Shown: one piece after another, positions 43,601-55,400 of the stretch
Position numbering within the stretch: the first letter of the stretch is position 1
Layout of the letters: every line of letters starts with the position of its first letter
From: Paraspadella gotoi
Lineage: Eukaryota; Animalia; Chaetognatha
Direction of reading: 5' to 3'
Length of the DNA: 64,000 nt
Assembly (NCBI GenBank): GCA_051294375.1
Contig: CM119266.1
Location: 4,106,931 to 4,170,930, forward strand
Notes under the pieces: model-generated
What the model was told of the DNA's origin: nothing
The model's input: the letters and a program-made list of their open reading frames with translations, nothing else
Database searches by the model: none
Program-made: the position numbers and the translations under genes

Positions 43601-45496
43601 ACAAAGGAAAAGGAAAAGGAAAAGGAAAGAAAGACAAGAGTGCAGACTCAGGTTTCGACTGCGGGTTTCATTGTTAAACCAAAATTAACAAATTTTGGGT
43701 AACTTTACTAATTACTATTCGACGTCGGCAACCGACTTTCGCTACCACCGGTCGGTGCTTTGTTAATCCATTTCATTTTGGTTTCCCTCTAGCGTCGAGT
43801 CTCAGTTTGCGAAATAATATACTTTTTTTTATTCAGTAATACTAATTTTATAATAAACTATAATTGTTTTAAATTTATTTTAATTGATATTGATATTGAT
43901 AATGGACATGTTTCAGCTTCAATGTAAGCTTTTATCAGCGCAAAAACGAATCGATTTGTGAAACAAATATTTTGAAACTCATTCTCTCTCTCTCTCTCTC
44001 TCTTTTATTTTTTATTTTTAGTGCCATCAGTGCAATTAGTCTTGCTCAATACTCATTTATTGTTTGAATGTCATATTGTTTCAAATCGTTTTATCTTTTT
44101 ATCGTCTTAACTGTCAAATTGTCTCTTTTATTTCAGAAAAAAAAAATCTCTCTTCAAACGTCAAAGTCTGTGAAAATATTTGTGTCACAAATCAATTCGT
44201 TTTTGCGTTGAAGGTTTACATTGAAGACGAAACATGTCCGAAATTTGTTTTTTAATAAAACTCGTTGTACGTAAACAAATAAGAAAAGGAAAGGAAAAAC
44301 AATATTTTATTAATATTTTTTAAACGGTTAGCAATTGGGTTAAGGGTGGTTAGGGTTAGGGGTGGTTAGAGATTTGTAATAAAAAGTTTTTTCTACCCTT
44401 ACCAGTGTCCTTTTTTTATTTTTGCGTCACGAGATTTGTTTTTGTCGCTCATAAGAAGCGAAAAAAAATAACCGACCGCAAAATCCCGGTCGGCGAATGT
44501 AAAAATAAGCCCAAATTTATAATTTGAATATAAAGGAAAAGAAAAAAAAGAAAAAAAAGAAAAAAAAGGAAAAAAAGGAAAGAAAGAGAAGAGCGAAGAC
44601 TCAGGTTAAGACTGAACGTTTAATTGTTAAACCATAATAAACAAATTGTAATGAATGTAAAAACGAATGAATGATAAAGGCAAAGGGAAGAAAAAGAAAA
44701 AGCCAAAGGAAAAGCCGAAAACTCCTCAAGAGCTTTTGTGGGAATGGTTTCAAGAATGGCTGACTCATCACCGCGTCAAGGTCGATTACTCGAAAGTGAT
44801 CATCCGACGAAGACGTCATGTTTGAAAAACTCTCTCAATTTCTTTTTACGCAGCACACGTGGATCGAGGGAAACCTTTACCAACAGATGGCACTATGCGC
44901 GCACGTGTTGGCGTTCTCTTTCAGCAAATGGAACGCGGATTCCGGGGAGAAGCGCTTGGTGCTGCAGGCGGCGGAAGCGATTCCGGGACAACGCGTTTTG
45001 GAAGTAAAATGATTCGAGCTTTGGTCGAATTAGTTCGATTTAAATATAAGTTTTACTTCTTGGTTCTCTCTTTACGCGTTTAATCAGGATGTTTGGGGAG
45101 TGTTCCTAATCACGAGCAAACGCGTTATGGCGCTTAAAATGAAAGAAAATGACGAAACGTTTTCGGAGGAACTGAGAGACGAGACAGAGGTATTTATTTG
45201 TTTATCTGATCATTTCAAATATAGGCCGATGAAGATTAAATTATCAATTAATTAATTAATTAAATTATTATGTTTTAGATCCAATCCAATTTCTTTCACA
45301 TGGCGCAACACATTGGAAGCGAAGGTCTAATTCATCGGTTGAAAACCGTGGATTATTCCTTCGTTAAATCGGTCAAAGAATTATTGGATTCAACGCAGGT
45401 AATAAAGGAGGCTTAAGACCCCTTCCTTTTCCTATTGTCATTTATTTAAAATAATCATCTATACCTAATGATAATTAGGTCATAACTTACGCTTGA
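32158..45496 (+). CDS. DNAI7: Dynein axonemal intermediate chain 7 / CASC1 (CFAP94) homologue, spliced
   Basis: Inferred exons: 32158-32160 (ATG|gtaag), 33020-33190 (PPKKKLTKAEKEKLKAEEAERRAKEEEEAR), 33690-33788, 34171-34317 (WDRYMRCDGSPDP), ~34569-34649, 34874-35043 (WANLSKNPR), 36919-37115, 38789-38850, 39661-39820, ~40687-40829 (DVVDLRAFQVLGGVMHFDLLQLPPQPK), 41286-41434, 41521-41664, ~41738-41793, ~41907-42013 (FFEPPVVARWD), ~42096-42210 (LQDRHLNFPFQGWELRPL), ~42544-42596, ~42694-42854, insert exons, 44854-45003 (YQQMAL...FSKWN), ~45088-45189, ~45279-45398, 45479-45496 (VITYA*). The motifs are collinear with remembered human CASC1. Confidence 0.93.
32330..33019. repeat. ~690-bp near-pure polypyrimidine/polypurine tract in DNAI7 intron 1
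   Basis: Low-complexity TTCC/CTTTCCTCC sequence running up to the exon 2 acceptor. It is the source of the spurious F/P/S-rich and K/G/E-rich ORFs. Confidence 0.9.
36690..36890 (-). mobile_element. Reverse-orientation copy of the 5370-5625 repeat family
   Basis: Its reverse complement aligns by eye to 5420-5620. Confidence 0.7.
42245..42474 (-). mobile_element. tRNA-derived SINE (tRNA-Arg-like head) in a DNAI7 intron
   Basis: The minus strand starts GCCGTAATAGCGCATTGGGCTAACGC (A box), then CTCCGAA (CCG anticodon-like loop), then GGGTTACAGCCCTGG (degenerate B box), followed by a ~160-nt GC-rich body in an AT-rich intron. Confidence 0.65.
43692..44515. mobile_element. Foldback/MITE-like element with long imperfect inverted arms in a DNAI7 intron
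   Basis: 43904 ggacatgtttcagcttcaatgtaagc...caaaaacgaatcgatttgtg is the inverted match of 44170-44240. The outer ends aaatttt-ggg...ccc-aaattt are also inverted. The TSD is ambiguous (aattt-like). Confidence 0.65.
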
Positions 45497-45823
45497 GGGC
45501 GAAACGGAAGGGTCACCCGAATAACGAAACCACGAGACCAAATTCCTAATTCCCTACACATCATGCAAGAAATAAAACCTACACGTCATCAAGTCCGCAA
45601 CATTTTGTTTTATATTACAATCATGATTGAAGCGTAACAAAATTACATGTATCAAAATTCCGTGTCGGAAAAATACATTAGCAATAATAATATAATAAAA
45701 CTTGTAAACGAAATATCTAAAAAAAATAACAATAAGCTTTTCCCGAGGAAAATATATATCAGGACCCCGAAAAGGGGAAAATTAGTTTTTGAGGCGAGAG
45801 GCGATGGAAAAATGTTTTTTTTT

Positions 45824-46160
45824 TTAAGTCTTTAGCTTCTTTTTGTCATTTTCTTGTAATTTGTCGTGAAGGTAGTCGACGCAATCTTGTCGATTGACTC
45901 TTTTCAATGCGGTCATCAAAATGTCGGAGGTTGCATCGACGCCGAATCTTGTTTAAGAGGGGGGGGAAACGTTCGAGGGCGGAACTCTTTTTGTTTGTAA
46001 AGTTGGTACAAACATTGTGAAAATACGCAGTTTAACCAACGAATTAGCTACATTACCCTTGGACAGGGCTAAGGCCTCCTCTTACAAGATAATAACATAG
46101 GACCTTGCAAAGCTTAGACCTAAACTGCTAGTTTATTATAGCGCTCTCTCTCTCTCTCTC

Positions 46161-46209
<49 letters not shown>

Positions 46210-49200
46210 CATAAGTTTTTAAATGAAACAAAGCCCCTTTGAACCTTTGCTTCCACCGCTGAAAAAGTTCGAATGTTTGTCCGACGACGTCATCGGGAAT
46301 TTTCTTCGCTATCGGCATAATTTCTTCCACGTAATTGAGTCCCAGCGCCAGCGCCATCTTCTTTCGATCTTCGTGTATTCTTTCAGCCAATTCGTACAAA
46401 AGAACCTCGTCGATTTCGTCAACGTTTTCTTCGCGCTTTCGTTTCGCCGCTTTGAATTTAATTCGAAACTTGGTTACTATACTATATTATACTTTCCTTT
46501 TATTATAAAGGACAAGTGTTTAAACTTTCCCCATGAGGCGTCGCGTGCAAACCATAAAAAAATATCTAGCAAGCAAATCGAAGATAAACGGAAGAGCCAT
46601 AAATTTGATAAAATTTTGATGAAGAGCGTATTTATCAAGTTAAAGTTATTATACTAGAATGCTTGGTTTGTTTAAAAAACATTTACTTATTGAAATTGGT
46701 TCTTCTGTCTCAACGGTCAAAAGAAGAAAAAGAAGAGATGAAGACATAAAAATTTAAGCAACCTTTTGGTTTTTTCCGAATCGGTTTTCGTTTATAAGCA
46801 AGTGCTACATAATGATCGCAAAGTGAAGGTATATCGTTATAACAAAAAAACAACAGCGGATAGTTAAATTTTTAAAATATTTACCTTTTGCGTTTCTCTT
46901 ATCGTCGGTTATTTCCTTGAGAGATTTCTCCACTGATTTGGTTAATTTCTTTTTTCCATCTTCGACGATTTTCGTCTTCGGCGAATCCTCCAGATCTTCC
47001 GCACTCGAATCTGACAAAAAAGAAGTCGCTCAAAGACTCGCCTCCTTTTCGACGCCAACGCGACCGACTTCAAACACGGACCTCTCGGCGACGAGGTGCT
47101 GGAGGCCGTCCCCGAATCCTCGCCCACTTCCTTCTTGTCGACCACGATTGATCCGACGAGGCGGATGTGAACGGATCGATTGTTCTTTAGGTTGAAGGTC
47201 ACGTTTCCTCTCTCCACCGTCTCGCCGTTGCGGATGACCTGAGGACAGATTGGGACGACTCTGGACATTTTTGATGACGACTCTCGACTTAACCTGGATC
47301 CTCACTTCGAAGTGAGACTTGATCTTAGCCTCGTAGACCCAGAGAGACTCGGACTTGACGAGGTCTTCGACCGGAGCGATGGAATAGACATTCCCGGGTC
47401 CTGCCACAACATCGATGGAGACGTCGTCGCCGAGTTTGACGGGAAGAGTGTGGGCGGAATCGAGGCGTCGCAATCCGTCCGACTTGAGATCTTAATAAAT
47501 ATTATAGTTAATAAATAATGAATTAAATAGAAAATATAAAACAATGTTGACCCCCTTCATTGCCCGAGTCTAATCACATAAGACACAGAAATTACATTAT
47601 GGTTTGAGTATTTTTTACCCTAGTGTTGAACTTTTTCGAATAATAATTTTCAATCCTTAAACAATATTATTATTATTAAATTGGTACAAACAATATAACA
47701 AGTTATAACAACTATCCATCCATTCAATAAGTAAACACCGAGCTACCTAGCTTCCGAAATTCAAACGGGTCAAAAAATAATAACCCTGTGTCACCTGCTA
47801 TTAAAACTGCTTTACACTTTCATTTCTTATACAATTCCTTAGTTGTCACTCGTGATAGAAAACGCGGTATAAAGTATAATTCATGTAGACTACACGCACC
47901 TTTTTCCAAAGCGGCGATCACGTGAGGCAAATCGTCGCAGATACAAACTTTCATCACGTTTTCCCTTTGCTCCGCCGCGCCCTCTCCGTAAAGGAACGCC
48001 GCCAAACGCTTATAGAGATGCTCTTGGTGGGAGACGTCCGTTTCCCAATAGTAAACGGAAAAGTGGTTCGTCTCTGAAATTAATTATTTTTCATTAAATA
48101 AAGTAGGAAATCTTTATTAAAATTTATTTTAAAAAGTAGTACCGATTTTGAGTTCCTCGTAGCCAAACTTTCTCTCCTTGATTTGATCGACCCTGCCGTT
48201 GCCATGCTCGCACAAGGCCTTCAGCCTGACCTCGTCTTCGACCTCCTTGGCCGGATAGACGCAGAGAGGAAGGAAGATGGTGACTGGTTTGTCTCCCTCA
48301 AACTTCAATCCGCTGGGAAGACATTGGAGAACAGGGGAGACCACCATGCCTGGGAAAATTAATGATTTTAGTTGGAATTGTAGCACGACCCACAGAGGGA
48401 CATTTCGTAACGAGACCTACAGGTTAATTAGTACTCCACTTTTTTCTCGGTCTGCCTATCTAATACACCGGAGAGAGATGCTGTAATAGGGTAAAGGCCC
48501 CACTTCCTAATGTACAGGTAGATGCTTTAATAAGACCACCAGGTAAATGCCCTCCTACTTAATAGACAGGGAGATACTGTTAAAAGACCACCAGATAAAT
48601 TCCCCCCTTGTTTGTCCGCCTATCTAGTTTGCGCGCCCCCATAAATTACCCACCGACGCTTTCTCTCACCTTTTTTCTCCCCATTGTCTCCACTTTGCGT
48701 CTTGACGGATTCGGAATCGAGAAATTGCAATTTGATCCGCGTGTAGCGCTTCAACGCCCCTGGCGGAATGTTGACTCTGCATCCGTGATAGTCTATCGAG
48801 GCGCCTTTCTCTCCAACGATCACAGTTTTGGGCGGAAGGCGCTTTCGACGCTCGATGCAGCAACTCGGTCCTTTGTCATCTTCGGCGCAAGAACATCCTC
48901 GATCGTCGCGCGGAGGTTTATTCTGAAAGGAATGACGCATTGTTTAAATTTAATATCGATTCTAAGTCTCACTTGTGTCAGTTGACACTTGTGTCAGTTG
49001 TCACCTTCTGTGGTGATAAGTGAATTTTCTTTCGCTCCGTTTCTTCTTCTTCTTCTTCTTCTTCCGAAGGGATGATGATCTTGCGTTTGTGGTGATCGGA
49101 TTTGACGACTTCTTCCAACGCGTCCTTCAGATCATTGCTAGTCTCTTTCGGGATCTTGTTTGTGGAAACAACAAAAAAGATTAAAACGTCAATGGATCCG

Positions 49201-49253
49201 TAAAAATAAGTTAATAATAAACTTACCTCAACGTCCTTATCTTCCTCCGCCAT
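45824..49253 (-). CDS. ZU5-UPA-Death domain protein (UNC5CL/PIDD-like), no TM or ankyrin repeats seen, spliced
   Basis: Exons: MAEEDKDVE; acidic linker; ZU5 (VIVGEKGASIDYHGCRVNIPPGALKR...VVSPVLQCLPSGLKFEGDKPVTIFLPLC...ETNHFSVYYW); UPA-like (LAAFLYG...MKVCICDDLP); death domain (LLYELAERIHEDRKKMALALGL...QTFELFQRWKQRFGVDATSDILMTALKRVNRQDCVDYL). Stop TAA at 45824-45826. Confidence 0.88.
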
Positions 49254-49457
49254 CGCGAGATTGATACATGGCAAAAGATTTCAGGTCCCAGCGAATAATC
49301 CAAGTAGGTTGGATGCGTCACGCGGCATTTTAGATAGTTCATTGCATATTTAACATGGCTTAAGTAATCAATTCACATATCTTGGAAATAAGGTTAAACT
49401 TGAGACACAAAAAAAAAGGAACAAAGAGGTTGATAAACTTCATTAAAATTCCCTTTT

Positions 49458-51131
49458 TTAAGCAGGAAGTCCGAGGCTAAAGTTTTTGTAGTCGTCGTAT
49501 TTGTAAAAAGAAGCCTTGACGCTTCGACCGCCGAAGAATCGTCCGTTAAGATCGACGACGGCTTTGATCGCTGCCTCGACTCTTTTGAACTCGACGAAGA
49601 TGCGGACGGCCTCTTCATCATCCGCCTCGGGGACTTCGTAGATGGTGCAGCTGACGACGTCCCCGTATTTCTCGTTGCATTCCTCCTTCGTTTCCGGTTC
49701 CAATTCGTCGTCGACTTCGCCTGAGGGGAAATGAGACGACACGGTCATATTCTACTTACGTCGTCTTTTAAATTACATTTACGATATAATTTAAACAAAT
49801 AATTTAAACGGTTTCGCGATTTGAAAGACTGGTATGACTAATAGCCACAACACGGTTCAGTGAGTTATCAGACCCCTTTACGGCTTTAAACAGCTCAGGA
49901 TCATATTTTATCCATTTAATAAATGATCTTGACACTTCATAATTTGGACAGACTGTTCTCATTCCAATCCACAGCTCACCTGGTCCGACCATGTTCCTCA
50001 ACAAGACGACTTTGGACGGATTCCTCATCACATCCGTAGTGGAGGCGGATGCGATCAACTCTGGCGGAGGCGTCGCCGTCTCCTCGACTTCCAAGTCTTT
50101 CTCGTGAATGATCTTCCCTCCTCTCTTGCTCGTCTTCTCCACCACGAGGGCAGTGGACATTCCCTGCCCGCCTTTGCCGAGTCCTTGCCCGTCTTTGAAT
50201 CCGTACTTGGCCATGATCTTGGAGGCGACTGCGCTTACATTGCCCGATCCTCCAAAGAGTTTAGATCCTGGCATGTGCTCCGGATCGAGCGGCTCTTCGC
50301 TCTTGCTCTTCTCATCGTTTTTCTCGTCGTCGGCGACGTCGGTCTGCGTAAGGGCGGCCGGCGGCGCGATGGCAGCACCGACTCCTGCTCCGCCGCGCCG
50401 CTTTCGTCGCTCGTCCTCTTCGTCGTCCGAGGATCCGCTAGAGGCGCGCCGTTTTTCTCTTTCTTTCTCCTCAGCGTCGCGTCGAGCGTGGCGTTCTTTA
50501 CGGCGTCTCTCTCTCTCTTCGAGTTCCTTCTTTCTCTCTTCCTCTTTCTGTCTCTCTCTCTCTTCGGCATCGCGACGGCGTCGTTCCGCGATGATCTTTT
50601 CGTAGTCGTTGGGGCGAAGCGGGTTGTACTCTTCGTCCTCTTCCTGTTTCTTTTTTCAAATTTGATTTTCCATTTATAATTTTAGTTGTTGTTTTATAAA
50701 CATATATTGACATCAGTTCCGTATTAACACCTTGTGTCTCCTCTCAGAGACGGGAGCCTCCTCCGTTTTCGGTTTGGCCCAATCCGATGAGCTCGTAGTG
50801 ACGGGCGGCGGAGGCGGCGGCGACCTCGCTCGAGAAGAGACCACCTTTTCCAATTTCCCCGTGAGGTGGTTGAAGGTGACGGAACCCTCCTCCCGCGGGG
50901 CCGATCGGGGTTTCAGGTTGAGAACTGGGGCCAGATTGGGGCCGCCTTTGCGAAGGGGCTTTTTGTCCTTCTTGCCTTGCAGATGGGAGCCAAGCAATCT
51001 GAACCCGCTGCTCGATCCCCAACCTGTAATTTTACATTTATTAAGATACAAATCGGAAAACAATCAATTCCAAACAAACCTTTGGCTTTGTCCGTTTCCC
51101 CGATACCAATGTCATCGTAGAGAGACGACAT
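49458..51131 (-). CDS. RBM17: Splicing factor 45 (G-patch plus UHM/RRM), 4 coding exons
   Basis: Starts MSSLYDDIG; contains the SPF45 motif EEYNPLRPNDYEK, the G-patch ASKIMAKYGFKDGQGLGK and the UHM KVVLLRNMVGPGEVDDELEPETKEEC...AVRIFVEF...AIKAVVDLNGRFFGGR. Exons ~51079-51131, ~50731-51023, ~49979-50644, 49458-~49720. Confidence 0.96.
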
Positions 51132-52434
51132 TCCTGTTTGAACGATAAAATTCCCAAAATTAAGAATAACTACTCAATTTATGCTAATTGATTGTTTATA
51201 CAAATTTAAATTGAATGACTAATACGCTCTTTTGAGTCCGGGTTTGAGAACCATTTTTCAAAACAGAGGCTCAGTCTGAGCCTCAGAGATTCAGCTTAAA
51301 AGAAAAACAAAAGGGTAACGCAAAAGAACTGACTAAGTATTTTATAACTTAGAAACTAAAATTATCAAAAACCAAAAATTATCAAAAACCAAAATAAAAA
51401 AATAATAATGAAAATAAAAAAAATAGAATTTGTAATATATAATTTTAATGAATATATCTTAAAATAGTGAAACAAGTAATTTGGCAATTTTTATAATCTC
51501 AGCAACATGTCCTGCATTTCGGTATATTACCCACAACGATATTAATATAATATTGGCAAATTAACCTAATCGCAGAAATTCTTTTTTATTGTCAATAAAT
51601 GATAACGGAAGATTTGTTTTGAATTTAAATAATACAAAAAGCTAAATTGCCTCCTAACTGGCTCGGGTGAGTTATTCTTATGCTTTCATTCCTCTCAATC
51701 TCATATTACAAGATAGCAACCTCCTCATAGTTCAAATCAAAGAATCTCTTGGCCTCATTTAATTTACTTCCTGAGTGATTGGCTTTCAAAATATCACAAG
51801 CTCAAATTCAAACTCATAAGATTACAATATCTATCTAAGGGCCATTCCAGGCAAGTTTGGACACGGGTCAACGTTTCAACTCGGGTGTCCGCGTTGACTG
51901 TATCCTGGGACCAGGGTACATGCATCACTCTCCCCTACCTTCTTCCTCCTCCTCTTTCTCTCAACAGATGTCGCTTCGTCCCGATGTCTCATCTCTTCCT
52001 CCTCTTCCTCCTCTATATTCTTTACCTTTAATCCGTCTCAAAAAAAAGAAGAAAAAGAAAAAAGAAAAATCGACCCGTCTAGTTCTACCTGTATGACGAG
52101 TAAAGACAATTAAAAAGAAGTAAAGAAAAAAAATCTCGTCTCTCGGGAATTCGATGCCAGTTCTTCGTATTCTCTTCGTCCTTTAGAGTGTCTATATAAT
52201 GTATTCTCTGTATTTTTTTTTTATTTAGGCAAAAAATTCATCTAGCATGTAATGAGAGACCGAGACTCGGTTAAATGAAGCATTCCAGGGCTTCACATCC
52301 ATGGCCCATAGCAAACGTTGTCATCCTCGAGATATTTTAGGTAAATTTAATGAACAAGAAATTTCTTGAAGATATTTTTCCTCGTGTTTCAACAGGTCCA
52401 CTAAATTAAACGTTTTGTTTTTTTAGAATCGTCA

Positions 52435-55400
52435 ATGGCAGAGCGAAAAGAGAACGTTCACCGAGATGTACTAAGTGCCTCAGATGATGACGATTCTGAC
52501 GAAGTCGGTGACAACTTGAAATGTGACGAGCTCGATGATAACGCAACAGGAGGGGTCATCAATAAAGTACAGGTATGTTTTGATGTGTAACTTTTTAGGA
52601 TTTTAAAAAGGATTAACTATTAAGGGAGAAAATGGAAACATAAATCTTATGGTAGTCGTGTTTATAGCTAATCCCAAATTTAGAAGGGATTTAAAGGATA
52701 TTTTTAATTATGGCTTGTATTAATTTAATTTTTCTCTTTTTAGTGTGATTATTACGCCGGGTCTTTGTCAAAATGGACCAATTACCTGCACGGATGGCAA
52801 GATCGATTTATTGTTTTGAGAGATGGAACGTTAAGTTACTACAAGAGGTTCGTTTCAAAATGTTGCAAATGCAAATTCAATTTCATCTTCATCTACATGG
52901 AGACCATTTGAGACCCACCGCGTTAAAGAAGCTGCTATTTCTAAACCAGTAGTGATTTTTTCCAAAACCCAAATCAATTTGTACACTTGTAGATGGTTTG
53001 AGTTTTTTCTACGTAACTCGCTCTCAAGATTAATAAAATCACAACGGGTTTGCAAATGGCAGCTTTTTTCTGGCGGCCAGTTTGAAAAAGAACATTTTCG
53101 AATGCAAGAGTTTCTCTCCTGACAACAACAAATTAATGATGACAACCAAGACGAGAGAGAGAGATAGATAGTGATAGTGACAGTACCAATCCAATTTAGT
53201 TAAAAATTACATTATTTCTTCTTTTATCTCAGCGAACATGAAACTGCGTACGGATGTCGAGGCGCCATCAGTTTGGGCGGCGTCAACATCCGCCCCCACG
53301 AGTTCGACGAGTGTCGCTTCGACGTCAACGTCAACGACTCCGTCTGGTATCTTCGCGCGGAAAGCGAAGAGAAGCGCGACAAATGGATCCAAGTGGGTTG
53401 TCCTTGTTGTTGTCGTTGTTTTAGTGCTGCTTAATATTGTCGTTGTTTTTTGTGGCTGTTGTAGTGGATTTCCTTTTGTTTTTTATTGTGGTTTTTTTAT
53501 TTTGTTGTGGTTTGTATTGTTGCTGTTGCTGTAGTTGATTTTGTGTTGTTTATTATTTTGTTGTTGTGGTTGATTTTGTATTGTTTATTATTTTGTTGTT
53601 GTGGTTGTTGTTGTGGTTGTTTTTGTGGTTATTTTTGTGGCTGTTGTTGTGGTTGATTTTGTGTTGTTTGTTTTGTTGTTGTGGTTTGTATTGTGGCTGT
53701 TGTTGTGGTTGATTTTGCGTTGTTTACTATTTTGTTGTTGTTGTTGTTAGTTGTTGTTTGACAATGCGATAAATAAATCGTTGTTGGGGTATTTGTCTTA
53801 TTTCTTCTCAAATTGATCCCCTTTCTACAGGCGATCTTGGCGTCGCGTCAGGCGGAGTCAGGCTACGGGAGCGAATCGAGTCTCCAACGACACGGGTCCA
53901 TGATCAGCCTGGCGTCTCTCTCTACCGCCTCCACGTCTTCCTTGAAAAGAGGGCGAGGGTTGCGAGAGAAACTCGCCGAAATGGAGACTTACAGGGACAT
54001 TTTATGTTCGCAGGTAAAAAGATATTTTGTTAACTCTGTTAACCCTCGTCTGTCGCTATTACTTTCTTTCTTCTTCCAGGTGGATGCTTTGCAATGCTAC
54101 TTCGACACCATGGCGGCTCAACAAGGGAATTCGAGCCCCACCTTTGTACCGTCACAAGATCAAAACGCTCCGTGCAAAGACTTACTCGATAATGACTCCG
54201 GTACTTAGATCGTTCCTTAGTTCGTTCCTTCGTTCGTTCGTTCGTTTCTTCGTTCGTTCGTTCCTTCGTTCGTTCCTTTGTTCGATCGATCGATCTATCA
54301 ACTTCTTTCATTTGGTCCATTTTGTCTCAGACGAAGACAACGAATCGACGCAAAAGTCGGGAAATAGTTCACTGGCGCCTAAAGGCGCCTCATCCACAGA
54401 GACGTATCAAACGGGCGGTTTTTCCGCCGCCGCCGCCGCCGCTCACCACTTGGTTTCCACTGCCGCCCTCGGCCACCGCCGCACCCCTTCCTCCGTCTCC
54501 GCCGCCGGAAGCAGCTTCTCCTCCGGCGGAACACCCAAGCATCTCGCCGTAAATTCAGTAGCTCAACAAGCGATGGATTTCAAGGGTAAAAACTTGATCT
54601 TTAAATATTAATACAACTTAAGGGGTAATCTGGGCGTGTCACTTGTCACGCAGGAGAAGCTATCACATTCAAGGCGACCACCGCTGGGATTTTGGCTACT
54701 TTGGGTCATTGCATTGAACTCATGAATCAAAGAGAAGAGGCCTGGCATCAAAAATTGTCGAAAGAAGTTGAAAAGAGAAAGAAAATTCATGAACTTTATA
54801 AACAGGTGAGATTCAATTTGGAATATTATATTTTCTTTGTATGAGGGTTTTGTGTGAGGGACGAACCGAAGTCGTTCAGTTGGTTTTTTCCCTTGTTTCA
54901 AGTTTATATACGTTTGTTTTAATTTAATTTAAATTGTGATAACTCGTACTATAAATATTAATTTTATTTTTTGTGAGTTGTATTGATTCGTTATAAAGTT
55001 GTTTTATTGCGTCATATGTGCATTGTGCAATAGAGTGGAGCACTCAAGACCAAAAAATTTATTTGAATGATCGAACAATGATATTTAGATGTGAGATAGT
55101 ATGATTAACTAGTACAAAAAATATTTTGTTCATATTATCTCGGGAACAGAATAGTAAAATATAATATATTTGTAGTAATATCCTTATAAAATAGTAAATT
55201 TTAAAAATAATTTTTATAAAACTTTTATTAAAGATTCAGATTCTTCATAAAAAGTTGAATCAAAAATATAAAACATGTTATCAAAAATTCTGTCATCTTC
55301 AATGTTTAAAATAAGAAAAAAGGTGAAAATTCCTAACTTTTTTATTCTCTGTAGTAGAAACTTATATATGTTTAAAACGTTTTAATCATTTTTTGTGGTC

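Noticed and set aside
47030-47473. Programmed frameshift between overlapping ORFs in the ZU5-DD gene
   Set aside because: It is explained by a 55-nt GT-AG intron (47239-47293) joining RIQ to VIRNGET.
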